DNA of 64,000 bases, from contig OZ024741.1 in the NCBI GenBank assembly GCA_964016885.1, positions 152,458,001 to 152,522,000 of the forward strand, in the 5' to 3' direction. Made by a program: the position numbers and the translations under genes. The notes below the pieces were generated by a model, which was given only the letters and a program-made list of their open reading frames with translations, did no database searches and had not been told where the DNA came from. Origin of the DNA: Eledone cirrhosa. Taxonomy: Eukaryota. Of the stretch, positions 14,185-64,000 are shown piece by piece; positions within the stretch are counted from its first letter, which is position 1, and the number at the start of each line of letters is the position of its first letter.

Positions 14185-63980
<49,796 letters not shown>

Positions 63981-64000
63981 CTAAAGAAAAAAAACAAAAC

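Overview
Eukaryotic, AT-rich, microsatellite-saturated genomic DNA. The repeat landscape suggests a coleoid cephalopod such as Octopus (inference). One host gene spans most of the window on the minus strand: an SLC28/CNT concentrative nucleoside transporter. I reconstructed 10 phase-compatible GT-AG exons from 63980 down to a stop at 14185, about 572 aa from the Met at 63947; an upstream exon probably lies beyond the window. The introns and flank are packed with mobile DNA: a decayed RepHel Helitron joined head-to-tail to an internally deleted copy, several mini-Helitrons, a mariner whose end abuts a splice acceptor, Penelope-like GIY-YIG fragments, RTE, Tx1/L1-like, CRE-like and R4/Dong-like LINE fragments, MITEs and more than 15 tRNA-derived SINE copies. 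The most striking unannotated signal is more than 15 type I hammerhead ribozyme (HHR) motifs from several unrelated families. They lie next to (TA)n tracts, often inside foldback palindromes; one pair shows compensatory covariation and one family has a ~100-nt stem II. All calls were made by eye, with no searches run.
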